Source: Mesotaenium endlicherianum (taxonomy: Eukaryota). Taken from it: a stretch of 64,000 nucleotides of DNA. Positions 48,999 to 62,100 of this stretch are shown one piece after another (position 1 is the stretch's first letter; every line of letters starts with the position of its first letter). Location of the stretch: positions 335,097 through 399,096 of the forward strand of contig WELA01002297.1 in the NCBI GenBank assembly GCA_009602735.1. Reading direction: 5' to 3'. The position numbers and the translations under genes are program-made. The notes under the pieces are model-generated. The model made no database searches. It was given only the letters and a program-made list of their open reading frames with translations, and was not told the origin of the DNA.

Positions 48999-50281
48999 TC
49001 GCTGTCCTATTGCTGGCGCGGGGCCGTCGCGAGCGCGTCCGTTCTCAACGTCGCGCTTCTTTTGCAGACATACGATCTGCAAGTGACCGGCCTTGCCACA
49101 GTAGGTACAATTGCCGGGCTTGCCATTCTGCGCAACTGTGCAGGCCTGGCGGGAGTGGCCTGTCTTCCCGCAAGACCAACAGGGGTCACTCGTCGTGGCG
49201 GCCATGGAAATGCGGCCATGCGTAGCTCCGCGCTGCTGAGTCGGCTGGGGCAGCTGAGAGCGCTGAGTCTGCTGCTGCTGCTGGGGCTGGCGAGCCAGAG
49301 CTGGGCCCATTGTAGAAGATGGCAGCATCGAGGACTCCTGGCGTACGCCTGTTGATGCGAGGTCCACACGGTCGCTAATGTTGCTTCGTGCGGCAGCCAA
49401 GCTCTGCTTCTCAACTGAGAGGTAAGCGTCCTCCAGTGAGTANAGCTGGCAGCCAGTCCCACAAACGCAAGAGAGGGACTGGCAGGCAGCCCCAACTAAA
49501 ATCTCAAATTAGCAAGTAAGGGGCTGGCAGCCAGCCNCAATGTGATAGATGAGGGGGGCCATGGCCCTCTCCCTCACTTGTGGCTCCACGGCACGCAAGA
49601 AGATCTCTGCTGCCTCACGGTCGGTGACGGTGCCAACGTCTCGGTGAAGGTGCGTCAATCGGCGGTACATCATGCGAATAGTCTCGTTCTTGCGGCGGTA
49701 GAAGTGGTGCAGCTCGTACACCTTCTCTTTGGTCGCGGCTTGAAACTCCTTTCGGAGAACGTCCCAGAAGGCCTTGATCGGATCTGCGAGAAGGGTCTCC
49801 ACTGGGGGTTCCCCCACAAGCTCTGTGCGTGCGTATATCTTGTCACCCTTCTCGCGGAAGGTGTCACGGGCCTCGTAGAGGAGATAGCGCATGAGCGTAT
49901 AGAACACGTCACGCTTAGTGAGCGCGGGCGTCTTAAGCCTTGCGGTCACAAACTTAGCATCGAACTCTGAGATTGTGTCGTCCAGATCACAGGTTCCTGG
50001 TCTGCCGCTGAAGCGGAAGAGGGAGGAACTGTCAGCCTTGACCTCTTGGTCACCTGCCATGGGATACCAGGAATTGTGGTGAGCCCACTGGGAAGTTGGC
50101 TGAGGAACAATCACAAGAGGTACGAGAGCTGGCTCAGGGGGTTCAGTGACAGTACTGAGATCGGAGTTTGAGTCTTCTCCACTAACCCCTTTGTAGTAAG
50201 GCTGGTAAGAAAGCCCACTACGAGTAGGCATACGCTGAAGATTCTAATTGCTTGCAGGCAAAGAGAGATCTTTTTAGAAGT

Positions 50282-51291
50282 AAGGAGTGTGTACTCTCCA
50301 GAGTGAGCACCTCAAGACTCTAATTTGGTAGGAAAACAACTAATGAAGTCTGGCCCAAAAGATCACTGGAAGCACATCATGATCTTCAAGGGTAGTCCTA
50401 TGGCAGGGTTTAAGCTGTGACTTTGCTCACCATTTGTGAAGTTCTTCAAGTGATTGGAAGCCAGGAGGGCTTGCTCTTCACAAGAGAGAGACTAAGTGGT
50501 CCCGAAAACACAAGAGATAAAAGTGTAAGCTTTACTGATAATCTCTGTGACTTACAACTGGCATAATGGGACTTCTAAAACGATCTTCCTCTAGGGACAT
50601 CTCTAGTACTTAATACTCCTGGAAACCCGGCGTTGTATGCGGCGAATCCGATGTATGCAGTTACTCTAGGAGGCTCTCCTATGTCCACTAATGTGTACGA
50701 AGCATGTACTAGCACTCCTGTACGCTAAGCATAACTCAAACCAATAAAAGCAAAGCACGTAGAATATGCTATGTGTCTCTCATTGGTGGAGCTTACCTTG
50801 GGTGATTCTACCTAGATAGCGCCTCAAAAATGAATCTGGAACTTGAGGAAGCTTCCTGTAGGAGTAGGTGATGCAGTCACCAAGTTATAGCCTCAATGAT
50901 GCACTTAAACTATGGAAATGCAAGACTTATGTAGTCTAAGGGGTTTGCAGATCTGTGCGTACAGAGCTAGGGGTCCTTGGGGTCTCGAATAGCCCACAAT
51001 GTCACCTTTGGGTACATTGAGTCACAAGTTGGCCATTTGGTGTGACACCGCTAGGGGCCAAAAGGGGTGCGGACTAGATCGCGCCTATCTCGCTCGATAC
51101 TCAACCAAATGACGCAAAACCGGTGCCATTTGGAAGATGCTTTGACGCGCTACACTTTGGGTACTTGGAAATCTAGAAAGCGTCAACAAATAGATGCATA
51201 AGGTGAATGCAAAGTCGGTCTTCCTAGGTTGATGGTTCACACAAGTGAAGCTCGGTTTTGTACGTCAACCTCGACTCAATAACTCATGACA
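50282..51291 (-). repeat. 5' terminal repeat B of the inner Gypsy (duplicated at 60299-61308, partial at 55321-56102)
   Basis: About 1010-bp diverged direct repeat of 31870-32878; the gag ATG is only 50 bp downstream. Confidence 0.92.
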
Positions 51292-51620
51292 GAGATACAT
51301 ACCCGCAGTTTAGTATCAATGAGCCGAGACAACCAAGAGTGGTTCTGCCTACTTTCACAGCTTACCCAGAGTCACGTGCTTTCACGAGGAGGAGCTGGAA
51401 TGGTAAGAGCTCTCGTTGCAGACTCTCTTTGGCGAGAACCATGGGCTATGGAGAAGGGGAGTTGTTTGGGACTCCCAGAGACGATCGTGGTGAACATCAT
51501 CCGAAGACTGGGAAGAACTGGTGCAGCCAAGGTGTTTGGAACAAAATTGGACAACACACTATGACCTGGTTGCTGGAGACCGTTATGACTTGGCAACAGA
51601 TTACTTTTGCCAACAAGCCC
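51292..51620 (+). pseudogene. C-terminal part of the outer Gypsy DNMT (variable region and motifs IX/X-like); duplicated at 61309
   Basis: DTYPQFSINEPRQPRVVLPTFTAYPESRAF...LARTMGY...IGQ, in frame with 31444-31715 once the inner element is removed. Confidence 0.75.
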
Positions 51621-52694
51621 ATGCCCAAGCCCCCGACGGTGATGTGCGAAAGGTGGGTGGTGCCTACTTATGACCAGAGGGTGGGTCGAAATGTTCGGCA
51701 ATGCCGTAACATTACTCTTATGTGCAAAGATGCAGCTGGAGAACCTAGAGGTACCCACACACCACTCAAAGGAGCCGGAATGGCTGAATTAATACGCTGC
51801 CGTGAATTGATTGAACACATAGACAGGCGAATGGCTGTGGCTTCGGGAAGATGCAATACGCCCATGGCAGAAGGACTCCCTAGCACTTCCGCTCAACCAT
51901 CAGGCAAGGGAGCAGCTGTTCAAGCTCCTCCGCCTGCGCCATCAGTCTCAAAACCTGACGACAAGTCAGTCTCGCCACCTTGGCTAACAGAGGCACCAGC
52001 TGGAATGCTGAGAGGGCCAAAACCCAAAAAAAATGAAACGCCCATGCGTTTGTTAGCACCAAGACAGGAGGGAACACTAGGAGGGGGTGGAAATTCTGAT
52101 ACAAACACCAGTCCGCGAGCAACCGATATTGGACATCATTGGGAGGCAAGCTTGAGTAGCTGGAAAGCTAACCAATGCTGCCTATCATCTTCACCATAAC
52201 AAGAATGGTCAAATAAAACTCCATATTGGGGTCCTTCAAATGACAAGAATCATCGTGGGCGTCAGTGCAACCTTGGCGAATGGGCCGAGGCAAGCAGTCA
52301 GAAGTCTGCAAACTTTGGAGGGTCTGGGAAGACTATATGCTTAAAACTAACTATCAAAAGGCACAACGAGGTGGAAGAAAAAGGGCGTCAAGAAACCGAC
52401 GCAAAGCTGACCAATGAAGAACGCCAGATGGCGACAGTCTGCTTAATTGCTGGAAAAACTACCGTGCAAATTATGGATCAGCTGCTAGAGGCAGATGCTG
52501 ATGGACGCAAAGAAGGGAAGGTGATGCAAAAGGTGCACTTCCTACAGTATGCAATTATCAACATGGCTAACCTTAACACAGAAGATGACGAGGAACCGTC
52601 ACCATCGGGAGTAGAGGAGCCAGTTGGAGCTGAGGCAGAAACGCCTGCGGCGCCAAAATTCAACTTGCTTGAGCTCGCACATGGAGGGGACTTG

Positions 52695-53312
52695 GGGAGT
52701 TTTTCAAATGACTATGGATAAAGTGCTACAGGGGCTAGACTTTGCAAAACCATACAATGATGATGGGAGTGATGTTGAGTGAGTCAATTGAGCTCCACCT
52801 CAAGCACTTGAAAGAAGTGTTTCAACGCCTGGAGAAATATCAGATGACGCTGCACCCAGGAAAGTGCAGGTTCTTTGAAGCACACGTGCCTCACTTAGGA
52901 CACTAGATTGGGAACAATGTTATGTCTCCTCAGGCTGTAAAGATTGAGGTCATCTACAAGATACCTGCACCTGCAAATGTGTCTAAGCTAGGAGCTCTTC
53001 TAGGGCTAAGCAGATGTTATCGCAAAGTTGTGAAGAATTATAGTAGAACTACTAAACCCTTGACAAATTTTGTAAAAAAGGATATACTATTTGTGTGGAT
53101 AGAAGCCCAAGAGAAGGCCATTAAAGAGCTCAACGAGAGGCTGATGACAACCCCAGTCTTGCGCACGCAAGAGGACTGTAAGCCGTTCAACCTGTACACA
53201 GTTTGGAATCGTTTGAGAATTGGCCCAGTACTCACTCAGGCCAAAAGCCCTGGAGAGGGTACGTAATTGCCTACGCTTCCCCCTCAAACAACAGGGTTGA
53301 GAGCAACTACTG
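52695..53312 (+). pseudogene. pol: RT/RNase H remnant of the outer Gypsy; duplicated at 62712-63329
   Basis: FQMTMDKVLQGLDFAKPYNDD, LHPGKCRFF, LGALLGLSRCYRK, and IAYASPSNNRVESNY, then truncation. Confidence 0.88.
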
Positions 53313-54935
53313 ATATGAATTGACTTACTAATAAGTGATTAACAATTAAAAAAAAAAATTTACATCAACAAGTAATCTTTATGGTATATTCTGATTAACT
53401 TCTTAATCATCAAAAGACCACACGACTAGCGTGAGCAATATTTATAAGTCACATGCAAGTAGACGAGCATCGATAATGTAATCACTAAACTCATGCATAA
53501 GCAAGGTTAGAAAATAATGTGTATCGATGGCTTCTCGCCTTGGATTCAGATATCTCTTAGTAAGCTGTACAAGAGAGTTAGCCTCGTTTCCGAATGCCGA
53601 ACTCGAGAGCAAAACCTCGCCTATGTACATGGAATGAGAATACTGTTCAACGGCAAGTGCAATGGCACCGCCTACTTGGGAGTTAACCACGTCGGTAGAA
53701 CCTCGACTAACCAAATCATCCCGAATTACCATCCACCCAAGGGTGTCGTCTGGCCCTTCATCTATTATATCACACTTAGATGCATTTCTAGACAATTCAC
53801 TGACACCAAGTACGGCAGTCAGCTGACTGTTAAAGAATGTGTCAGCAAGTTGACCTATGTTGACTTCAACTTGCTGCTCCTGGCTGGGTCACTAGAGCAA
53901 ATATTATTACAAGTCCAGCAGACTTAGTATTAACTAAAGTACATGGTGCAATGTGAGGTGGCAACACTATTTCGCCATTCATGTAAAGGAAAAAATCCTC
54001 CTTCGGAGTCCTTTTTGGCCTTGTCATTCTGTTGGTCCCAAATGTTGATGGTCATCCAGCGCCAGTCAGTAGGTTGTAGGAAGAATGTACGGTCCGTCCT
54101 CTTCAGCGTGCAGGGGTACCAGTGTCCTACAAACTCCTGCTGGCTAGTCTCCTTTGCTAAAAACTCCCAACTCCTTATCTCCGTATCATTATACAAGGCG
54201 TGAAACTTGCTATAAGACGTAGCATCCTTGAAGCTGTCAGTCTCCATCCGGATCAAGTTGATGGCTTTTTCTGCTCCCTAGATTCCTCTGATGGGTACAG
54301 CCTCATCTTCATTGGCTTGAGCTAGTGCTCTGGCCTCCCTGACAGTGTATTCCACCATCTTGGCATAGTTCTCATACAAGACGAGCCTTGTACCGGCTTT
54401 TGTGTGCTTATCATAATTTTTCAACGTCTCTCTCTCTTGCTGTTGGATTTCCCTCTGAGTTGAACCTTCTGGGCATACTTGAATGCTTCTTCCAAAAGAT
54501 CAAATCCTTTACCAACCACCATACAGCGGTAGCTCTTGAGTCTTCTCCGCTCCTCCTTAGCTTGCTGCCGTCATGTCTCTTCAGCTAGCCTATCTTCTTC
54601 TGCCTTCTTGGTTGCCTCTGCAGCTTGACTATCAAGTTCCTCACGCATGAGCTTGGCCTGCTCATCTTCCTCCTGCTTCTTATTCTGAGCTTCTTGCCGT
54701 TGCCATAGACGTTGTTGTTGTAATTATGGCTCATAACATGATTCTCCTCTCTTCTTCTCTTCTCTTCTCCTCTCCATTAACTCACTTAAAGCTTATCTTG
54801 CCATAAAGGCCGTTGTAGTCACAAAGACTACACGACAGAGTCACATAAACTCACTTCGTAGTCACGAAGACTACCCACTGCGTCACACAGACGCTGCCAC
54901 ACAGGCGTGCCACACAAGCCCTCACTAGTCACAAT

Positions 54936-55319
54936 CAGGGTTACGCCGTACGCTTGTACGCTTAGTTCGACTAATATGCTAGTTCACTTAGATCGGTGTT
55001 CAGAACAATGGACTAGTTCGCTTAATACGCTTAGTACGCTAACATCACGACGGTGTCGATGTCCAGTAGCTACGGCGTCGACGCTTCATGTCGGTCGCAC
55101 GTGTAAAATAACCACGGCGTGTCAGACTGTTTATTTCGTTCAAAATGGCAGGGTATTCTTTTCAGGCGATTTTGGACTTTTCTCTGCCCGCTTTGCAGCT
55201 ACAAGTCGCGAAAAGTATTTGTACCTTCGTCTAGTACAGACGTCGGCAAGCGGGTTTGAACACCCGCCACCGGGTGCAGGGATGGGACAATACCCAACGT
55301 GCCATGCATGTTTCTCTGA
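54936..55319. mobile_element. hAT terminus (3'-type end) cut off at an n join
   Basis: CAGGGTTACGCCGTACGCTTGTACGCTTAGTTCGACT, homologous to but diverged from 37805 onward. Confidence 0.9.
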
Positions 55320-56103
55320 NGGTTTAAGCTGTGACTTTGCTCACCATTTGTGAAGTTCTTCAAGTGATTGGAAGCCAGGAGGGCTTGCTCTTCACAAGAG
55401 AGAGACTAAGTGGTCCCGAAAACACAAGAGATAAAAGTGTAAGCTTTACTGATAATCTCTGTGACTTACAACTGGCATAATGGGACTTCTAAAACGATCT
55501 TCCTCTAGGGACATCTCTAGTACTTAATACTCCTGGAAACCCGGCGTTGTATGCGGCGAATCCGATGTATGCAGTTACTCTAGGAGGCTCTCCTATGTCC
55601 ACTAATGTGTACGAAGCATGTACTAGCACTCCTGTACGCTAAGCATAACTCAAACCAATAAAAGCAAAGCACGTAGAATATGCTATGTGTCTCTCATTGG
55701 TGGAGCTTACCTTGGGTGATTCTACCTAGATAGCGCCTCAAAAATGAATCTGGAACTTGAGGAAGCTTCCTGTAGGAGTAGGTGATGCAGTCACCAAGTT
55801 ATAGCCTCAATGATGCACTTAAACTATGGAAATGCAAGACTTATGTAGTCTAAGGGGTTTGCAGATCTGTGCGTACAGAGCTAGGGGTCCTTGGGGTCTC
55901 GAATAGCCCACAATGTCACCTTTGGGTACATTGAGTCACAAGTTGGCCATTTGGTGTGACACCGCTAGGGGCCAAAAGGGGTGCGGACTAGATCGCGCCT
56001 ATCTCGCTCGATACTCAACCAAATGACGCAAAACCGGTGCCATTTGGAAGATGCTTTGACGCGCTACACTTTGGGTACTTGGAAATCTAGAAAGCGTCAA
56101 CAN

Positions 56104-59100
56104 CTCCATGAAGCCGTAGAGGGCGAACTCAGCTGAGCGATAATCCACGATGTCTAGCGGCACGGATGCAATGCGGGTCCCCCTGATTGCTAGTCAGGTC
56201 TGTAGAAGACCTGCTCCACCCAGTTATCTACTGCGCCGAAAGGAAAGAGAACGTCTTGGCCAAGGAGCACGTCGAAGGTCTCAGAGCGGGTGACCAACGC
56301 GTGCCGGTGGATGGTAGTCTCATCCGAAGTGCCGGGCCGAAAGGTGAAGCGAAGGGCCAGCCGCGTGCGCTCGGTGACGATCTCAGACGTGCCAGCCGCA
56401 GTGTTGATCCGCGTCGACGAATCCTCTAGGTCCGCTGACGAGAGGCCCAACTGGCGGAAGTAGCGCAGGCTGATGAGGACTGGTTGGGCGTCAGTGTCAA
56501 ACATGAAGCGTTGCGAGGCCTGCGTGTTGACTAGCACGATCCCCTGCGAATTATCCAAAAACGCAGCGTTAGGCGTGCTGATCGTCCTGCGCTCATGCGC
56601 AGGTCGTGCGAGTGCGCAGAGCACCGCGGCTGCCACATCGGGCGTTGGCCTGCCGTCAAAGGCGCGCTAGCTAGCCTTGCGCAACTAAAGCAGTAGCTGG
56701 GTTGCCTGTCGCGTGGCCTCTTTTGACAGGCCGAGCTCCGCAAAGGAGACGGCTGGCATCCGGTGTAGCGCCAGCGAGATGACCTCGGCGTTGAGATGCA
56801 CTGTAGTCATCGGCGAGGCAAGTGCGCGAGGTGCGAGCGCAGCTGGCTCTGTTGGCATCTCTAGCACGCAAAAGGAGCGGGGCAGAGGCGGCGCCTCCTC
56901 TGTGCGGCGGCCTTGGTCTGGTCCGCTGTGCTTCTGCGCCATTGCCGGTCGCCCGACTGTCGCCACGAGTGTGCACTTGCGTCTTGCGATGCCCGCTGCT
57001 GTGCGGCTGCCCAATGGCCGTGTGCGTGTGCAGCACGCCGAAACGGAGCCCGGCGCTGCTGCGAGAGCGGGAGTGGCAGCTGCTGGCGCAGCTGCAGGTG
57101 CTAGCGCAGCAGCCGAAGCTGGCGTAGCTGGCACTCGCGCAGCTGCGTGCGCAGGCGAGACGGCGAACGCCTTGGCTGGCGCAACTGCTGGCGCGAGCGC
57201 AATTGTTGCTGGCGCAGCCGTGTGCGCTGGTGCAGCCGCCAGTGATGGAGCTGCTGCAAGCGCGTACGTAACAACTGCTGGCGTGGCTGCCGACGCTGGC
57301 GCGTGGGCGGACGCGGGCGCTTCCTCAAACGCGGGCGTAGGCGCTGCTGGCGCAGGCGCGTGCGCAGCAGCTAAAAACGCGGCCGTCACTGGCGCAGCTG
57401 CGTGAACAGTTGCAGCTGCTGGCGCGGGTGCTGGCACGCTTGACGCTAGCATGTTTGGCGCTGGCAAGCCCACCGCTTGTGCGGCAGGTGTCTAGTGGGC
57501 TGGCGCTCCTGTCGTTGGCGCAGCGAAGGTGGCGAGAGCTAGTGCGGCTGCTCCTGAGCATGCCTGCGCAGCTGCCGGCGCAGGTGCCAGGCCTGCTGGC
57601 ACAGCTGTCAGAGCTGGCGCCGCAGTGACCCACCTGGCGCTGGCGCTGTTAGTAGCGCTGGCTTTGGTCCTCCTGCAGCTGGCGCCTCTGCGGACGCTGA
57701 CGCCTCTGCAGGAGCGGCTGCGGATGTTAGCGCAGCTTCGAGCGTAGGCTCTTTGGCTGCTGGCGCGAACGCTGGAGCTTGCGCAGGCTTGGCTGCTGGC
57801 CGGCTGACAAGTTGCGCCTTGAGGTTGCTCCTGAGCCTGCTTGGTCGCGTCGCCCGGACGGTGTCGGTGTCTGCCTTGACTGCATGCTGTCCGTGGCGCC
57901 CTTCAGATGGCGCGTGCGCTTGCCAAGACCCTCACCACGCTTATTGTGCAGGCCTGAGGGTTTTGTGCGCAGCCAGGCTTTAAGCCCTGGCTGTGCTTAG
58001 CTGTGTACGTGCCGTCAATGCTCCGAATGGCGGTCCGGCCACATAGCGCAGTTGGGGATGCCCCCCCCTGATTGAGGATGGCGTTCACGGCCGTTAGATC
58101 CGCGCTGGCTAGGCTGGGCTGCGTGCGCGTGCCAAGTGGCAGCACGTGTGCGCAATTGCTATACGCAGCTGCTGACGTGGCTGCCGTGAGGTGGTTGCGT
58201 GGCTGGCGGCTGAACAAGCCTCGCAGTGCTGTGCGCGGCGTGAGCGGGCGCGTGCGGGCATGTGCAGGTGTGTAGCTACCGTTAGGCAGAGGTTCGCCAG
58301 TCGCGCACGCGACAAGTGGCGACACCTGCTGGAACCTGTTGCTTGCGGCAGCCAGCAGGGGGCGGACATCGGGAGGTTGCCGGTCGGTGCGCAGGTCTAT
58401 GCATGGGCGGGCGACATGTAAGACGTGGGACGCTGCACCCGTAATAGCCGGCTGGCAGGCCCGCCCTATCGCGCCACTTGTTGCTCCGCAAGCTGCAGAC
58501 AACTCTGCTGGCATCAGCAGGACAACGGAGGCCAGAGGAGCTGCGAGAGCTTGCGCTGGCTGCCCTGGCGGGAGTGGCTGCCTGTCGGGAGGCGTGTTTG
58601 CGGCGAGGGATGGCGAGACCGTGCGGGCTTGCGGCCTCCCATCTGGCAGCCTGTCCAGAAGGAAGCCGTTGCTACTGGCAACTGTCAGTGCGACGTGCGC
58701 AGAGCTGGCAGGAGCATCTGCGCAGACGTCTGCCGCGCTGGCCGCAAGAGCTTCGTCGAAGGGCGGGCGTGTGCGGGGCTGCAACGTTGCTGTGGTGCCA
58801 AGTGACAGCCTCTAAGGCTGCCCCGTGTTGGTGCTGCAAATGTGCGCAGAGGCTGCGCGGACGCCGGCTGTCAAAGCTGGAGCGTCGGTCGGCGGGACGC
58901 GTGCAAAGAGGGCTTTGCACGCGTCGTAACTGTCGGCGGCAACTACGCCACGGAGTCTGGCGATCTCCGCGTTGGCCTCCACGAGGGCGTCGCTGACATC
59001 ATCGAAGCTGCATTAGTCGGCTCCGAGGGTTAGCGCGTCGTCCATGGTGGCCGTGGCTGCCGTCATTGAGGGGCATCCACCCGTGCGAGGGTTACGCATG

Positions 59101-62100
59101 CCTCGCTGTCCTATTGCTGGCGCGGGGCCGTCGCGAGCGCGTCCGTTCTCAACGTCGCGCTTCTTTTGCAGACATACGATCTGCAAGTGACCGGCCTTGC
59201 CACAGTAGGTACAATTGCCGGGCTTGCCATTCTGCGCAACTGTGCAGGCCTGGCGGGAGTGGCCTGTCTTCCCGCAAGACCAACAGGGGTCACTCGTCGT
59301 GGCGGCCATGGAAATGCGGCCATGCGTAGCTCCGCGCTGCTGAGTCGGCTGGGGCAGCTGAGAGCGCTGAGTCTGCTGCTGCTGCTGGGGCTGGCGAGCC
59401 AGAGCTGGGCCCATTGTAGAAGATGGCAGCATCGAGGACTCCTGGCGTACGCCTGTTGATGCGAGGTCCACACGGTCGCTAATGTTGCTTCGTGCGGCAG
59501 CCAAGCTCTGCTTCTCAACTGAGAGGTAAGCGTCCTCCAGTGAGTACTCGGAGCCAATGTGATAGATGAGGGGGGCCATGGCCCTCTCCCTCACTTGTGG
59601 CTCCACGGCACGCAAGAAGATCTCTGCTGCCTCACGGTCGGTGACGGTGCCAACGTCTCGGTGAAGGTGCGTCAATCGGCGGTACATCATGCGAATAGTC
59701 TCGTTCTTGCGGCGGTAGAAGTGGTGCAGCTCGTACACCTTCTCTTTGGTCGCGGCTTGAAACTCCTTTCGGAGAACGTCCCAGAAGGCCTTGATCGGAT
59801 CTGCGAGAAGGGTCTCCACTGGGGGTTCCCCCACAAGCTCTGTGCGTGCGTATATCTTGTCACCCTTCTCGCGGAAGGTGTCACGGGCCTCGTAGAGGAG
59901 ATAGCGCATGAGCGTATAGAACACGTCACGCTTAGTGAGCGCGGGCGTCTTAAGCCTTGCGGTCACAAACTTAGCATCGAACTCTGAGATTGTGTCGTCC
60001 AGATCACAGGTTCCTGGTCTGCCGCTGAAGCGGAAGAGGGAGGAACTGTCAGCCTTGACCTCTTGGTCACCTGCCATGGGATACCAGGAATTGTGGTGAG
60101 CCCACTGGGAAGTTGGCTGAGGAACAATCACAAGAGGTACGAGAGCTGGCTCAGGGGGTTCAGTGACAGTACTGAGATCGGAGTTTGAGTCTTCTCCACT
60201 AACCCCTTTGTAGTAAGGCTGGTAAGAAAGCCCACTACGAGTAGGCATACGCTGAAGATTCTAATTGCTTGCAGGCAAAGAGAGATCTTTTTAGAAGTAA
60301 GGAGTGTGTACTCTCCAGAGTGAGCACCTCAAGACTCTAATTTGGTAGGAAAACAACTAATGAAGTCTGGCCCAAAAGATCACTGGAAGCACATCATGAT
60401 CTTCAAGGGTAGTCCTATGGCAGGGTTTAAGCTGTGACTTTGCTCACCATTTGTGAAGTTCTTCAAGTGATTGGAAGCCAGGAGGGCTTGCTCTTCACAA
60501 GAGAGAGACTAAGTGGTCCCGAAAACACAAGAGATAAAAGTGTAAGCTTTACTGATAATCTCTGTGACTTACAACTGGCATAATGGGACTTCTAAAACGA
60601 TCTTCCTCTAGGGACATCTCTAGTACTTAATACTCCTGGAAACCCGGCGTTGTATGCGGCGAATCCGATGTATGCAGTTACTCTAGGAGGCTCTCCTATG
60701 TCCACTAATGTGTACGAAGCATGTACTAGCACTCCTGTACGCTAAGCATAACTCAAACCAATAAAAGCAAAGCACGTAGAATATGCTATGTGTCTCTCAT
60801 TGGTGGAGCTTACCTTGGGTGATTCTACCTAGATAGCGCCTCAAAAATGAATCTGGAACTTGAGGAAGCTTCCTGTAGGAGTAGGTGATGCAGTCACCAA
60901 GTTATAGCCTCAATGATGCACTTAAACTATGGAAATGCAAGACTTATGTAGTCTAAGGGGTTTGCAGATCTGTGCGTACAGAGCTAGGGGTCCTTGGGGT
61001 CTCGAATAGCCCACAATGTCACCTTTGGGTACATTGAGTCACAAGTTGGCCATTTGGTGTGACACCGCTAGGGGCCAAAAGGGGTGCGGACTAGATCGCG
61101 CCTATCTCGCTCGATACTCAACCAAATGACGCAAAACCGGTGCCATTTGGAAGATGCTTTGACGCGCTACACTTTGGGTACTTGGAAATCTAGAAAGCGT
61201 CAACAAATAGATGCATAAGGTGAATGCAAAGTCGGTCTTCCTAGGTTGATGGTTCACACAAGTGAAGCTCGGTTTTGTACGTCAACCTCGACTCAATAAC
61301 TCATGACAGAGATACATACCCGCAGTTTAGTATCAATGAGCCGAGACAACCAAGAGTGGTTCTGCCTACTTTCACAGCTTACCCAGAGTCACGTGCTTTC
61401 ACGAGGAGGAGCTGGAATGGTAAGAGCTCTCGTTGCAGACTCTCTTTGGCGAGAACCATGGGCTATGGAGAAGGGGAGTTGTTTGGGACTCCCAGAGACG
61501 ATCGTGGTGAACATCATCCGAAGACTGGGAAGAACTGGTGCAGCCAAGGTGTTTGGAACAAAATTGGACAACACACTATGACCTGGTTGCTGGAGACCGT
61601 TATGACTTGGCAACAGATTACTTTTGCCAACAAGCCCATGCCCAAGCCCCCGACGGTGATGTGCGAAAGGTGGGTGGTGCCTACTTATGACCAGAGGGTG
61701 GGTCGAAATGTTCGGCAATGCCGTAACATTACTCTTATGTGCAAAGATGCAGCTGGAGAACCTAGAGGTACCCACACACCACTCAAAGGAGCCGGAATGG
61801 CTGAATTAATACGCTGCCGTGAATTGATTGAACACATAGACAGGCGAATGGCTGTGGCTTCGGGAAGATGCAATACGCCCATGGCAGAAGGACTCCCTAG
61901 CACTTCCGCTCAACCATCAGGCAAGGGAGCAGCTGTTCAAGCTCCTCCGCCTGCGCCATCAGTCTCAAAACCTGACGACAAGTCAGTCTCGCCACCTTGG
62001 CTAACAGAGGCACCAGCTGGAATGCTGAGAGGGCCAAAACCCAAAAAAAATGAAACGCCCATGCGTTTGTTAGCACCAAGACAGGAGGGAACACTAGGAG

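Larger units (their letters stand above)
31716..51291 (-). mobile_element. Inner Gypsy retrotransposon gag-PR-DNMT-RT-RH-INT-PHD with split terminal repeats (about 11.3 kb after removing the hAT and assembly duplicates)
   Basis: TGTCG...TGACA termini with GAGA TSD (31712-31715 and 51292-51295). Removing the element restores the host frame RPAFRR-DTYPQF. Confidence 0.88.

Noticed and set aside
31716..51291. Classification as a DIRS/PAT tyrosine-recombinase element
   Set aside because: It encodes protease and DDE integrase, has a TSD and TG...CA ends, and no YR motifs are visible.
41879..61308. Three recent tandem copies of an active retrotransposon
   Set aside because: The copies share junctions and defects and are bounded by n joins; an assembly artefact is more parsimonious.
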